NCBI RefSeq assembly: GCF_052425735.1
Contig: NC_135761.1
Coordinates: 59,210,001 to 59,274,000, forward strand
DNA length: 64,000 nucleotides
Direction: 5' to 3'
Source of the DNA: Oculina patagonica
Lineage: Eukaryota
Below, piece by piece: positions 36,546-48,300 of this stretch (position 1 is its first letter; every line of letters starts with the position of its first letter). Under the pieces are notes generated by a model. The model saw nothing but the letters and a program-made list of their open reading frames with translations, did not search any database and was not told the origin of the DNA. The translations under genes and the position numbers were made by a program.

Positions 36546-37579
36546 ATGTGTGGTTCCAGAAAATATCCATACCCCCACCACGGAGGGTATTTCACATAAG
36601 ACCCCCCACCTCTCTGGAATTTCCGTTTTTGTTAAGAAAAATAAACCCCCCCACCCCTCCGGAATTTCCAAAAGTATATTGCGTACCCCCCAGCCCCTCT
36701 GGAAAAAAAGATAAATTGTACAATGCTCTAAATTTTAGGCCACCTCTCTTGTAAACAGTTACAGTGTATAACTGATCGATCGGAAGATATGTTAGAACGA
36801 TACATACGTTACATGTACTGCTGAAGACAAAATAAGAAATTTCCTCAAAAGTAAACAAACAAAATATCTGGTAGTCACTTGTCAAATTACCTTGTTGTAT
36901 AACCATCCATCCCTTTTCATTCCAATCGCTTTAGAAAACCGCTATTAAAATGTATCAGAACACGGATTTGAAGTGTTGATATAAACCATAAACATTCACC
37001 GTAAACGTGATCGCAAAATCGCTAATGCTCGCTGAGAAAGCAAAATTTAACAGGAAAATTACAAACAAATAGCCAGAAATAACAAAACCATGTTAATCTC
37101 GAGTTTCTGACATCATTACACTATTTTCATCGCTAATAAACATGAAACTTTTCACAAACAAGAACGATTTTCCTTCGATCGAACGTGAAACAAGCAACCC
37201 TTGACACCAGTGCCTTTCGGTCAAACCACGTTCGGGGGACTGGTAACAAGTAATGGCGGACGAACGAACATGGAGGATTTCAGTGAAATTATTTGCTTTC
37301 AGTGTGCTTTCAGGAGAAAGAAAACCCGTTTTAAATGTAAAGCGATTGTGAATCAAGAACCCAGAGTGCTATTTTTGCTATGTAAAACACTTGTAGAGTA
37401 GGTAAGAAACGATTTTTGAAACTAGTTTGCACTGCATCAAACTTGACCGTCTGGAAACATAATTCCACTGGCAACCCCCCCTCCTCTTCGGAATTTCCTG
37501 GGCCCTTGACCCCCCCACCCCCCTGGAATTTCCAATTTCCTCCGTGGTGGGGGTATGGATATTTTCTGGAACCACACAA
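36546..37579. mobile_element. Non-autonomous DNA transposon with ~35-bp TIRs
   Basis: TGTGTGGTTCCAGAAAATATCCATACCCCCACCACGGAGG / CCTCCGTGGTGGGGGTATGGATATTTTCTGGAACCACACA. Confidence 0.85.
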
Positions 37580-37642
37580 TGTGATCCTTTTGCAAGGAAA
37601 CACCAATCAGATGTGAGAGGAGTTACACTCAAACCCAGTAGT

Positions 37643-37824
37643 AATAGGCCATTTCTGTGATGCCTTTTTCCCTCTGCTTCAAAGCAAGTGCACCCCTTTC
37701 ATATGGAAATGAGTGTTACTGGCATGGTTATTGTCTTGCAAATCAAACTCATTTCCATACGAAAGGTTATGTACCAGGACTCCATTTGACACTGAGGTAA
37801 ATGTCAACTCGGAAATGGCTTATT
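37643..37824. mobile_element. Short MITE
   Basis: AATAGGCCATTTC / GAAATGGCTTATT termini. Confidence 0.6.
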
Positions 37825-38325
37825 ATCCCTGTTGGCTTATCTGATTGGTTGCAGTAAAATTAGCATGCAATTCAACTTCAAAATGAAAACGTGTTTGCAG
37901 CACCATTTGTGTGCACTCAAAAGATTTTTTAAAACAGTTTTGAATGTTCCCTTATGTTACCACTATCCTATTAATGAGAATTGTTTTTCATTATCTACAC
38001 AGAATAATTATTGATAACCTTCAAGTCAATTCAGACTGCAAAACTTGAATACATTCAGTGAGAACTTTTATTCCTCTCTCAAGTGATATTTGAAGGTTAG
38101 TTCAGAAATGCTCATTAATTTTCAGATTCTGCAAAATATATTGTTTATTCCTCGCGAAGCGAGGCCGAAGGCCGAGCGTAGCGGGGTGTATAATTTTGTC
38201 CCTCAAAGGGCTCAGGCGGATGAAATCTCATGTGGAGTTTACGGTCATATATATCTATATTTATTTATTTATTTATTTATTTGTGAGCTTGGTGTGTGGC
38301 GGAAATGACGTCACATGGCCGCCGC

Positions 38326-38406
38326 GCGCTGGTGGCCTAATGGTAAGGCGTCGAACTTGAAATCAGATCTTCGGGGATGAGGGCGCGGGTTCATATCCGG
38401 CTAGGG
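38326..38406 (+). pseudogene. tRNA-Ser(TGA)-derived sequence followed by a T-run
   Basis: GTGGCCTAATGGTAAGGCG..ACTTGAAATC..long variable region..GCGCGGGTTCATATCC; the acceptor stem does not pair. Confidence 0.6.
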
Positions 38407-38864
38407 TTTTTTTTTTAGTATTATTTTTTTTTGTGGGTTCGAATCCTGAGCCTTTCATTTTTATCGTTTTTCTTTTCGGATTAAAATACTGTAACACTGA
38501 TTTCCACATAATACTCCCTCAATGCCTATTCAGGCTATAAACTGCTGGTGTTGAAAACTGTTCATTGTTGTATGAAAATTTGCCATTTCGTTCTGAACCC
38601 ATTGTTGCTGATGTTAAGGCTGATCGGGATTTCTCCATCCATTGGAAAGATAATCATCTCTGTTTACTGTAGTTCCTGTTGCTGTTGCTGTAATTGTTGT
38701 TGTTGTCTATGCGTGGCGCTATTTTCTCGAACAGACTGTAATCAAATATTTCTCTCCTCCTCCGATTCTAATTGTAAGCGCGCTGCATCACTTTCCCTTC
38801 TTAATTGTAATCTATCCTGTAGCTGTTAAGTTGATTCTACTAAAAGTCTGTCTGTATAATTTTG

Positions 38865-39350
38865 TCTCAGTAATTGTAATCTCTGTATTCTTGTGTCTTC
38901 AGCTTCTGTTTGTATTCTATCCGCGGCATTTTGTCGAAGTCTCTGTAATCGTGCGGTTCCTTGTTGTTCAGTTTCTGTTTGTATTCTGTCCGCGGTATTT
39001 TGTCGAAGTCTCTGTAATCGTGCAGTTCGTTGTTGTTCAGTTTCTGTTTGTATTCTGTCTGCTGTATTTTGTCGAAGTCTCTGTAATCGTGCAGTTCGTT
39101 GTTGTTCAGTTTTTGTTTGTATTCTGTCTGCTGTATTTTGTCGAGGTCTCTGTAATCGTGCAGTTCGTTGTTGTTCAGTTTCTGTTTGTATTCTGTCCGC
39201 GGTATTTTGTCGAAGTCTCTGTACTCGTGCAGTTCGTTGTTGTTCAGTTTCTGTTTGTATTCTGTCTGCTGTATTTTGTCGAAGTCTCTGTAATCGTGCA
39301 GTTCATGGTTGTTCAGATTCTGTTTGTATTCTGTCTGCTGTATTTTGTCC
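38865..39350. repeat. 69-bp minisatellite, about 7 copies
   Basis: GTCGAAGTC or a close variant recurs at 38933, 39002, 39071, 39140, 39209 and 39278. Confidence 0.95.
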
Positions 39351-41563
39351 GTTACTAGGCAGCAATAACCCAGAGCTTCGCGAGGCCCTGCGAGTCACGT
39401 ATTACTAGTAAACTATTATTGGATGAGGTTTTTGTGATATCCGGAATAATCGAGGGTCGAAGTATTAAGTAGCTTTAAGTGTTAAGTGTTGTTTTATTAT
39501 ACATTGTTTAAAGAAAATAACCACAAACGATTTCAACACTTATTCTAATTTCTTTTTGTTATACATCTCCTGAATGTTTTTCTCCTCAAAGTATTTGTGC
39601 ACCAGTTCCTTTGCAACTTTTGTTGATTTTTTTTATGATTTCCGAGTCTTTATCATCCGGCGATTTTTTGATTTTATTTTCCTGCTTGGTTGAAGAAGCA
39701 AATCAACAAGCCATGTTTTCACTCTGTGGGTGACCTTTTTCGATTTCCCTTGAAGGTTCGAGTTATCGGGATTCAACTGTACAATTTTACGCGTAATAGG
39801 TGCTTAAATAATAATAATACATAATATTTTAAGAGGAGGCCTCCAATCACATAGGGGTGGTTTTCAGGAGGGTCCTCTGAGAAAATAAATCTTTTAAACC
39901 TTAAAATACATTAAAATCTAAAATACAACCACAAATGATTGAACTTTAAAAAAAATAAAAAAAAAAATAGAAGCTTTTTTCTATTATTTTGGCTTGGCTC
40001 ACAAGAAAGATTAATATCTTGTCGTCTTCACAGAAAAAGGGAACAGCAACCTATCATTTTTTCAGCTGTTATTTTGAGTGTACCATAGTAATCGTTGTCT
40101 TCTGTAAAATGTGCGTTAAGGGTCAATTCCATGTCATGGACGTTACGTGTCAGAGAAATTTTGAGCATGATTTTTCCTTGTAGCTTACATAGTGCAAAAT
40201 ATTTTGTGTATTTTTTTATATAAAACATATCAACAGAATGGGACAAAACTGAGCCCTTGTAAAAAAAACAACTGGGATCTTGACGGGATTCGGTGGGGTC
40301 CCGGCGGGATTATGGCCGCCGGGATCATGCCTCCCGGCGGGAATCCTGGCAGGTATCCCGGCGGGATTCTTGGTGGGAATAAAATTCCTGGCGGCCATAA
40401 TCCCGGCAGGATCCCGGTTGGGATTCCTGTCTGGAAATGACATTCCAGGTGTACATAATCCCACTGCCGGTGGACCAAGATTCCCGGCAGGCATAATCTT
40501 GCCAAAAATCTTGCCAAGATTCGCGGTGGGAAGCAAACTTCCCTGTGGCCATAATCTTGCCGGATCTCGCCAAGATCTTGGTCTGAAGAGAAATTCCTGG
40601 CTGCCAAAATCTTGACAAGATTCATTGCAAGAATCCCATCAAGACTTTTGGTTACCAAAAATTTCTTTTCCTCAACGACATTCATGGCAGGAATTCTGGC
40701 ATTTATTTACAGCGTACAGCAAATACTGACAAACTAGTTAAACACAATTAGTAAACATATCTTGGCATTTCACATACCGACGAAACAAACACAGTTCTGT
40801 ATCAAAACAACATCAAATATACAGAAGATTACAGAAAAAGATGGCCACAGTGTCAGTTTTGCTACCAAGCACATATATTTGGCAATGGTTGCACAAGTTG
40901 GAGAGCTTTTAATAGTTCAGAAGCAAAAAGTGAATATTCTTCTGTAAAATTGTTGGTTTTAATACTGCAGACATTTCAGGCAAGATCTTACTGTATAACA
41001 ACCCTGTTATTTTTTCTGTAGCTTAATGATGTAAAATCCGTGACAAAATTGTGTAACGTCCATGATGCATTTTTTCTTCCCAAAGAAAAAGGGCAATGGA
41101 AATTTCCACCCATTTTCTTGTTTCCTTTAACTTATCCACAGAACACAGAAAGGGCATTATTCCCTAATTAAATGTCAATTTTTCACATAAAAATATCCAT
41201 GTTTTGACAATGTGGTCATGTAACGTCCGTGACAATATGTGCACCACCCTAATAATCTGTTTAAAATTGTTCAGCCTCATAATAATCTATATCATTTGAA
41301 GGTACCTCATTATAGCAATAATTACAATGTGTAACCCAACATGTTAATGTAATGACTTTCCCTATTTGTTTTGCTAAAGCTTTAGTTGATTGGATTCAAA
41401 TTAAGTGATAGAATATTAAGCATGTTTTGTACCCTAGTGGGTACCCCTCCAGGGGAGAAATGTTTTTTTTTTTTTTGTCAGATTTTAGAGAAATGAACTT
41501 CTGAGAATTCATCAATGGCTTATTTGTTTGCAAATTCTAAATTTTTTCCGCTTTAAGCAAATA

Positions 41564-41822
41564 CCGTAAAATTCCGGTTATAAGCCCTGGGCTTATACAA
41601 CTTCGTAAGGGGTTTTGAGTGGGCTTATAAGTGGAGGGGCTTATATCCAGGAGGGCTTATAAGCGGAATAAAAAAATCGTTTTGAAACGAGCCATGTGAG
41701 TGTTGATCGAAATATGCTTTTAAGTTAAAAACGCACAATAAAGCAACATTTAGCCCTGTTCAGTACTGTCATCCAGCAGAGGTGGGCTTATATCCAGGGG
41801 GGCTTATAACCGGAATTTTACG
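41564..41822. mobile_element. Tc1/mariner-type MITE
   Basis: CGTAAAATTCCGGTTATAAGCCC / GGGCTTATAACCGGAATTTTACG with TA flanks. Confidence 0.8.
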
Positions 41823-42784
41823 TAGTTGGGGAATGGAAAAAAACCTTTAAGTGTTGCAGCTTTTAAATAACCCTGCAAGAAAACGCTAAAAGAATCGGGA
41901 AAGTATTAAAACGCCAGAAATATTATATCTTTAACAGTATATACATGTAAGTGTATGACCTGCAAGTTGTCAATGAATGTAGTTCAGACCTACTTGGTCC
42001 TGCAGAATATTTGTTACTGTAAATAATTTGTAAATGACTATAACAGTTATTAACAGTTTTAGTTTATGACCTGCAAGGCAATTCTTTGCTGTTTGAATTC
42101 AGCCAGCAGTTGTTTGAAACAGCACTATATTTTTTGCTCTGTTTATTGCCATACTTTGTACTTGATTATTTATCTACTAGAAGATGGGTTTCCATGTTCT
42201 ATAAGAAATTAATATACAATCTTCGTTCACTGTCCAAAATCCACGCGCGCAATTGGTTAAAACAGATCACGTGATTTTGCTTTACCTGTCGTCAGCAAAC
42301 TCCGACAGTGCAGTATTGACAATAATGCACAAAAATCGTGCATTATTGAAAATGTCTTCAGTTTCAAGGCTTGCAGAAGTGTGAAAAAAAAAATATTCCT
42401 CAAATAATCAACGATCCAATACCAAAAAAATCGAAGAGGATAACAACTTGAAGCGCTTTCATGTTCAAAGGTAGACTGCAGCTTTATAAATACATTTTTG
42501 TGTGCGATTGACTTGCTTGTTGCTTGATTGTGAAAGCCATCGACTTGCTTTGAACAAGCTTCTCGCTGACTGTATTTATGAACGACCACAGCTGATGGAC
42601 AATTTTATGAACCATTGTAAGCTTTATATTTTCTGTACGGCTTTTTTGTGATTTTTATATTATTGATCTAATCCCGTGTAATTATGTACTACTACACTTC
42701 TTATTTTTAAACATTATTGTTTGAAGTCTTTGAAGTTCGTTAAGTCGATGATCGCTTGCAGTGTACTCAGATTGTATATTAAAA

Positions 42785-42968
42785 GGGTTAGAGTCTGTCC
42801 GTTCGTGTTTTGTAGACAAATACACGCACTTGCTGGCCGCACAATGAACTCGAAATTTTCAATACTGCACTCGGCTACGCCTCGTGCAGTATTGAAAATT
42901 TCTCGTTCATTGTGTTGCCAGCGCGTGCGTGTATTTGTCAACAAAACACTCACAACAGTCTCTAACCC
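42785..42968. repeat. Long imperfect palindrome, probably the terminus of a hairpin-ended element
   Basis: GGGTTAGAG..TTTTCAATACTGCAC-TCGGCTACGCCTC-GTGCAGTATTGAAAA..CTCTAACCC; same loop type as at ~19250. Confidence 0.75.
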
Positions 42969-45301
42969 ATAAATAATGCACGCTTGAGGTCTAGAAAAGC
43001 TGCTGGGCATTCAGTTGCTTTTCTAGACCTCAAAAGTGCAATATTTTCTTATAGAACATGGAAACCCATCTTCTAATGGGTTTAGAATATAGCGTTAAAA
43101 AGAGCACAGAACTTTAATACAAAATTGTACAAGACTCGCGGCTGCTTACGGCATTTACAAACGCACGCAACATCGGTAAAGCAATAGTTTAGTTTATTTT
43201 CTTTGGCGGCTTCTTTATAACTATAGATACCATTTCATTCATATTTCCTATTAATTTATCAGTCCTTTCTCCGTCTACCAAAATATTCTCACACAGCCGA
43301 CAAATCTAGTTGAAATATTTGCGCATTCAAGTTTGGTTAGGGACTGGTCATAAAGTACAGGTGGGGGTGGGCCAGAAAAATCGATTTTCTAGTAGACAAA
43401 ATTTTAGTGGCCCACCCTTCCTAGTTAACACAAAAAATGTAGCCCACCCTTTTAATCCTAACACAAAAATCACTGACCCCCCCCCCCCCCCCGTTTATAA
43501 TAGACAAAATACCATTAACGGGTCAAATATGTTGTACATGACCTACCAGTTCTGAGTTATGAGGCTGTAATATCTTGTCATTCTCTGAGCCACTTCCTGG
43601 AGCTGAACAGGGAAATTTAGCACAAAACCCACAGAGGGCTTTGTTTGTGTTCTGGCAGTCACCTTTTATATATTCAGAGTTAAGTAGAGCTCTCCTGGCC
43701 GACAACCTGCCGACAGGTTTTGGCTGATGTCGACCAACTGTCGGCCGACAGCCGGCCGACAGGCGGTGATGTGTCGGTAAGATGTTGGTAAGTTGTCGGG
43801 TATACGGTAACACTAAAACAGGCCAAAACAGTGCAAAAACTTCTCCACACAAGCACTCGCTGAAATCGCCCTAGAATCCTTTGCGACCCCTTCCAAGGGG
43901 GAATGAGACTAAATTAACCAATCCAATATGGCGGAGAAAAATGGAGTAGCTGTGTTCGTGTAAATTCTCCAGTCGATTTCGGCAGCGCAGAAGCTGGTTT
44001 TTCAAATTCGCCTCTAATTTCGATTTAAAAAGAACAGAAGTGGAGTGTTCTGTCTTCAGATTGTGGCTAAAAAAAGGTTTCTTACCTCAAAACGTTTCTA
44101 GAGTCCCGCTTGTACAAAACAAGAGAATAGAGGCAAAGTCGTTCAGCGAAATTCGACAAATAATTCGCATATCCGGGGTACCGGGCTTCTATAGTTTTCA
44201 GCTATGTTCTATAAAAAACAATGCCCGCTAGAATTCCATTGCTCGTATACAGCGGTTATATTCTAATTTATATTATAGATAGGAGTCTACCCGCACTCTG
44301 ATTGGCTAAAAACCTATGTTTTATCAGAGTATAAAACATAGAAAAATCATGTTTTATTGTTTTTCGTCAGCTTTCCTTGAGTGCTTCGCGCGTCGTTGAC
44401 TGTTCGTTGGCTATAACCACTCGTATCCAACAAGGGCGAATGAAATAATTGTTTTATTAAATTCCTTTTTTAAACGAAGTGAGGCGGGAAAAATTGTGGC
44501 GCAGTGTTGACTGCTTGAGTTGAATGAAACTTGCAAGGAAAGTGAGCGAGAGTTTTCTTTCGAAGATTTTCTTCGACAATCTCCTCTTAAATCGTCTATT
44601 CATACTGGATGGAACTTGATTGTGACAGCAATTAAGGTTTACGAGAAGATCCGAAGCAATAGCTTTTCTGGAAATTATACGCGTTGTTCAAGTCGAACGA
44701 AGCAAGGGACGGATGTCATCGAGACTACTATATAATGCTGAGATGAAATTGCACTCAGAAACGGTGAAGTTTATTGGCTTAGGCTTCTTTATTTGTTAAA
44801 AAAAAACTTTTAACAATTCTATCTTTGCAGTGTACTTAATGACTTGCAAGTCAATTTTGTTTCCAACCAACAGTCACCAGTTGGTTGATGCAGACTAAAC
44901 TTTATTTTCTTAAAGTTTTGTTCAGAAGTACATTTCAGATCCTGTGCATGCATAATCTTTGCTGTAATTTTTGCACGATTCTAATTTTTTAATATTTTTG
45001 TAGTCTTTACAGTACAGTTCATGACCTGCTGCAGTCAATTCTTTGTCATCATTTGAAGACAGTTACCAGTTTGTTAATGCAGCACTATTTCTTAAAGGTT
45101 AGTACAGAACTACATTTCAGATTTTGGTGAATGCTTTTGTATGATACTAAACTACTACTAGTGTGTAAAAAATTGTGATTCTGCATATTGGTCACAGAAA
45201 TTATTTGTTGCATAACTCCACTCAAAAATTGTCTTTTTCCAGTCCCAAGATGTAAATTTACCTCTTATTTATAACCTGTGACAACAATTTCTAAACTGAA
45301 G

Positions 45302-48300
45302 ATGATGGTCTCTGATGAGGAGAAGAGATGGCTTGTCGTTGGAATTGCCATGAACAAAGTAGCAGCTCCAGTATTGAGAGATTTTGTCAGACAACAAATG
45401 GACAGGCATTATGCAAATAACACCTTCTACCATGGTCTGACTGCACTATGTACCCTGAAGACACTGACTTATCCTCATGTCAATGCTGATCCCAACCTTA
45501 AAAGATTGAAATTTCAGAATATTAACAACAATCTTCACAACCATGGCAATCATAAAAACCTCTACAACTACAACATCAACAGTTCAGTAGACTTGGCCAA
45601 GTTGTTTCTGCCAGATTATCTTGCTGAGTTTTCAGCCTTTGATGAGTCACTGGACACGAGTGCTATCCTTCGCTTGTTGGGATTTAATCATCCTGCACCT
45701 ATTTTTCCATCTCCAAATCCATTAATTTCCGTTCAGACTTCAGCTGATGATGTCAGGGAAAATGTCAGGAACAAGTGGGGCCATTGTAATGTCACTGACT
45801 GGACTGAAGTCCTCTTCAATGATCGTTTTTCCAAGCTGGAGACCTTGGTGAGAAGTCTGGGACTGACTGGTGGTATGGAGAAGAATGCTTTAGATCAACT
45901 TTCTGATTGGAAAACAAAAGGTGACCGTATTTCATAAAGTCATTACAGTTCATTTTTTAAATCAGTGCTTTCCTGCGTTATGAATCATGATATTGTTGTG
46001 CTGAGTTGTGGAAACTGAAAAGAATTCATAACGTTCACATTGCTTACCTTAACATGGGTGTTTCAAGATTTCTTAGTTTTCCTTTAACATACTACTGTAA
46101 TTACACATCAGATGTACCAGACTACAATTGATTTGGCACAATGGTTCAGTTTGATTCTCTGGTTTTACTTATCCCTACCACACCCTGTTCCCATCCAACC
46201 ATACTGCACCGCTCTTCAAATTCCCTTACTTCTCCTATCCACTCTTTTCCCTACCATACTGCATCACTTACGAGCCCCACCACACCCAGTTCCCTCCATT
46301 CTGTACCACATCATATCAGGTCTACACCTTGTATCGCTCCTTATTTCCCCACAACTCCTTCCTTCCACATAATATCCGTTACATCCCATACCACAACTTA
46401 TCTGCTACATGCACCAACCTAACCACGGCACACCTCATCCCCAACTTCAAATGGAAGAGCAAGCTTTGAGTGCTCAATAGCAAACCACGTTTTTACATAA
46501 TGTGATATCATGCTGTGTTACGCTTAATTTACACCCTATTTCCTGCTAGCCCTTCCACACCTCAACTTTTACCCACCCTACCAGAATTCATCCTATACTG
46601 TAACAGCTAGACCCAATCCCCTGCCACACTTACCAGGCCTCATCCCCTGTCACTTCATCCCCTACAATCATTACCACACATTCCCTCCAACACTACTAGA
46701 ATTCATTGCCTGTGACCCTTCTCCTCACCCTACTTCGTTGAATCAACTACACATCGCAAACCTTATCATACTTTATCTCCCTCAATTTGTAACACACACT
46801 CTCTTCCTGCCTGCCACATTTATGACGCCCCAACCCCTACGACACATCCCCTACTGGCTCACCACCTTATTTCCTAGAACCCCTTCAAGACACCCCTTCT
46901 CTGGCCACCCCCACCACATCCTATTCTCAACCATGCCTTGCAAAGCCCATTCTACAGTCGATCAAACCTTATCCAACAGTCCCTGACAAAAAGTATCTTC
47001 CCTTTTGTCAAGCCATTGGTGTTTTGTTTGATTGTAGGTTGCCAGCTGTGTATGGGGCATGCTGTGGATCAAAATCTTCTTTCTCTGGTGGAACAAAATG
47101 TTAAGGAACTCATAAAGAAAATCGAGAAAAGTGAAGCAGAACAATCAGCCATTCAAGAGGAACTGGCTCAACAGGGAAAAGATCAAACTGATATGCAAAA
47201 CGCTGTTGGCTTACTGCAAGATCAACAATCGTCAACAACAGTTCAACTGGAGGAACATGATGAGCAGTTGGAAGCAGTGCTAGATTGGAAAGAACAGCAA
47301 ATGAAAGAGAATGGAAAAATTTTGGAAAAACTTGTATCAGTTGAGAAAACTCTCAGTGAAGAATTGTTGATCCGAGTTCAAGGAGTGGAAGATGATCTCA
47401 GTGGAGTAAAAGCACACATTTCGCAGACAGATGAGAGAGTGAAACAACTGGAGGAAAATTTCAGCGATGAAAGGAGTAAAGATGACAGACAAGGTAAGTT
47501 TAATTTGAATTTCCATAAATCTATCTCCTCATTGGTAGAAATGTTTACTTTAACCCTATTCATAATTAAATATTCGATGTGATAAAAATACACTATAAAA
47601 ATAAGCTTATTAAAACGTAAATCCGAAATGTATGACAAATTTGTCTTGCCTTTGTATCAACCATTACATCAACCAAGGTTGTGTACAGACTGAATGTTAG
47701 GATTCCAGGGTAATTCATTGCCTATTTTTAGAATATTTTAAATAATGTTTAAATCTAGCCAATCAAATCAATTGTACTTAAATCCCTTACAACAAGGGGA
47801 TTTTAAAACAGTTGATCTTATTTGCTAAATTTTAATTTCCTTTGCTAAACATCTTGCCAATTAAATCGTGTGTCTCCAGAGCCATTTGTTCCTAGTGTCC
47901 CAGGCTCAGCCGGCTAAGAGGGGCAAGTGGCCCTGGGGAGGAGAATGACAACAACATAGAATCCAGTCTACCTCGTGTATGTCAATTGGAACCGGAAGTG
48001 CCCAAGGTTTATGTCTACTAAGAAAAATGATTGACTAGATGGAAAGCTTTAAAGCACTTTTTTGAAACATATTTCACTTTTTAAAAGCAAGGAAGGGGTT
48101 CAGAGCGATCTTAAATTAAATAGAGTTAAACCTCTTTTAAGCAGTCACCCTCAGGAATTTTTATATAGCTCTTATTTTTTCCATACAATGCACGCTTTCA
48201 TTGGTTGATTCATGGCCACATGACAGGTAACAAAGAACCCCTTTTCCGCCGATAGTCTGTGGGTGGGCAACATTTGCAAAGCTGGACAGCATTTTTTGAT

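Larger units (their letters stand above)
38144..39409 (-). mobile_element. Helentron/Helitron2-like non-autonomous element
   Basis: Asymmetric inverted repeat CCTCGCGAAGC (38150-38160) / GCTTCGCGAGG (39375-39385) and a CTAGT end. Decayed minus-strand peptide RLQLESEEER..HQQQWVQNEMANFH recalls Helitron N-terminal regions. Confidence 0.6.

Noticed and set aside
38865-39350. CRISPR-like array or membrane-protein ORFs
   Set aside because: Head-to-tail 69-bp units without unique spacers, no cas genes, eukaryotic context.
40192-40685. Overlapping Gly/Pro-rich ORFs
   Set aside because: They arise from GC-rich short repeats (CCCGGCGGGAT-like) of a probable transposon end; no coding signature.
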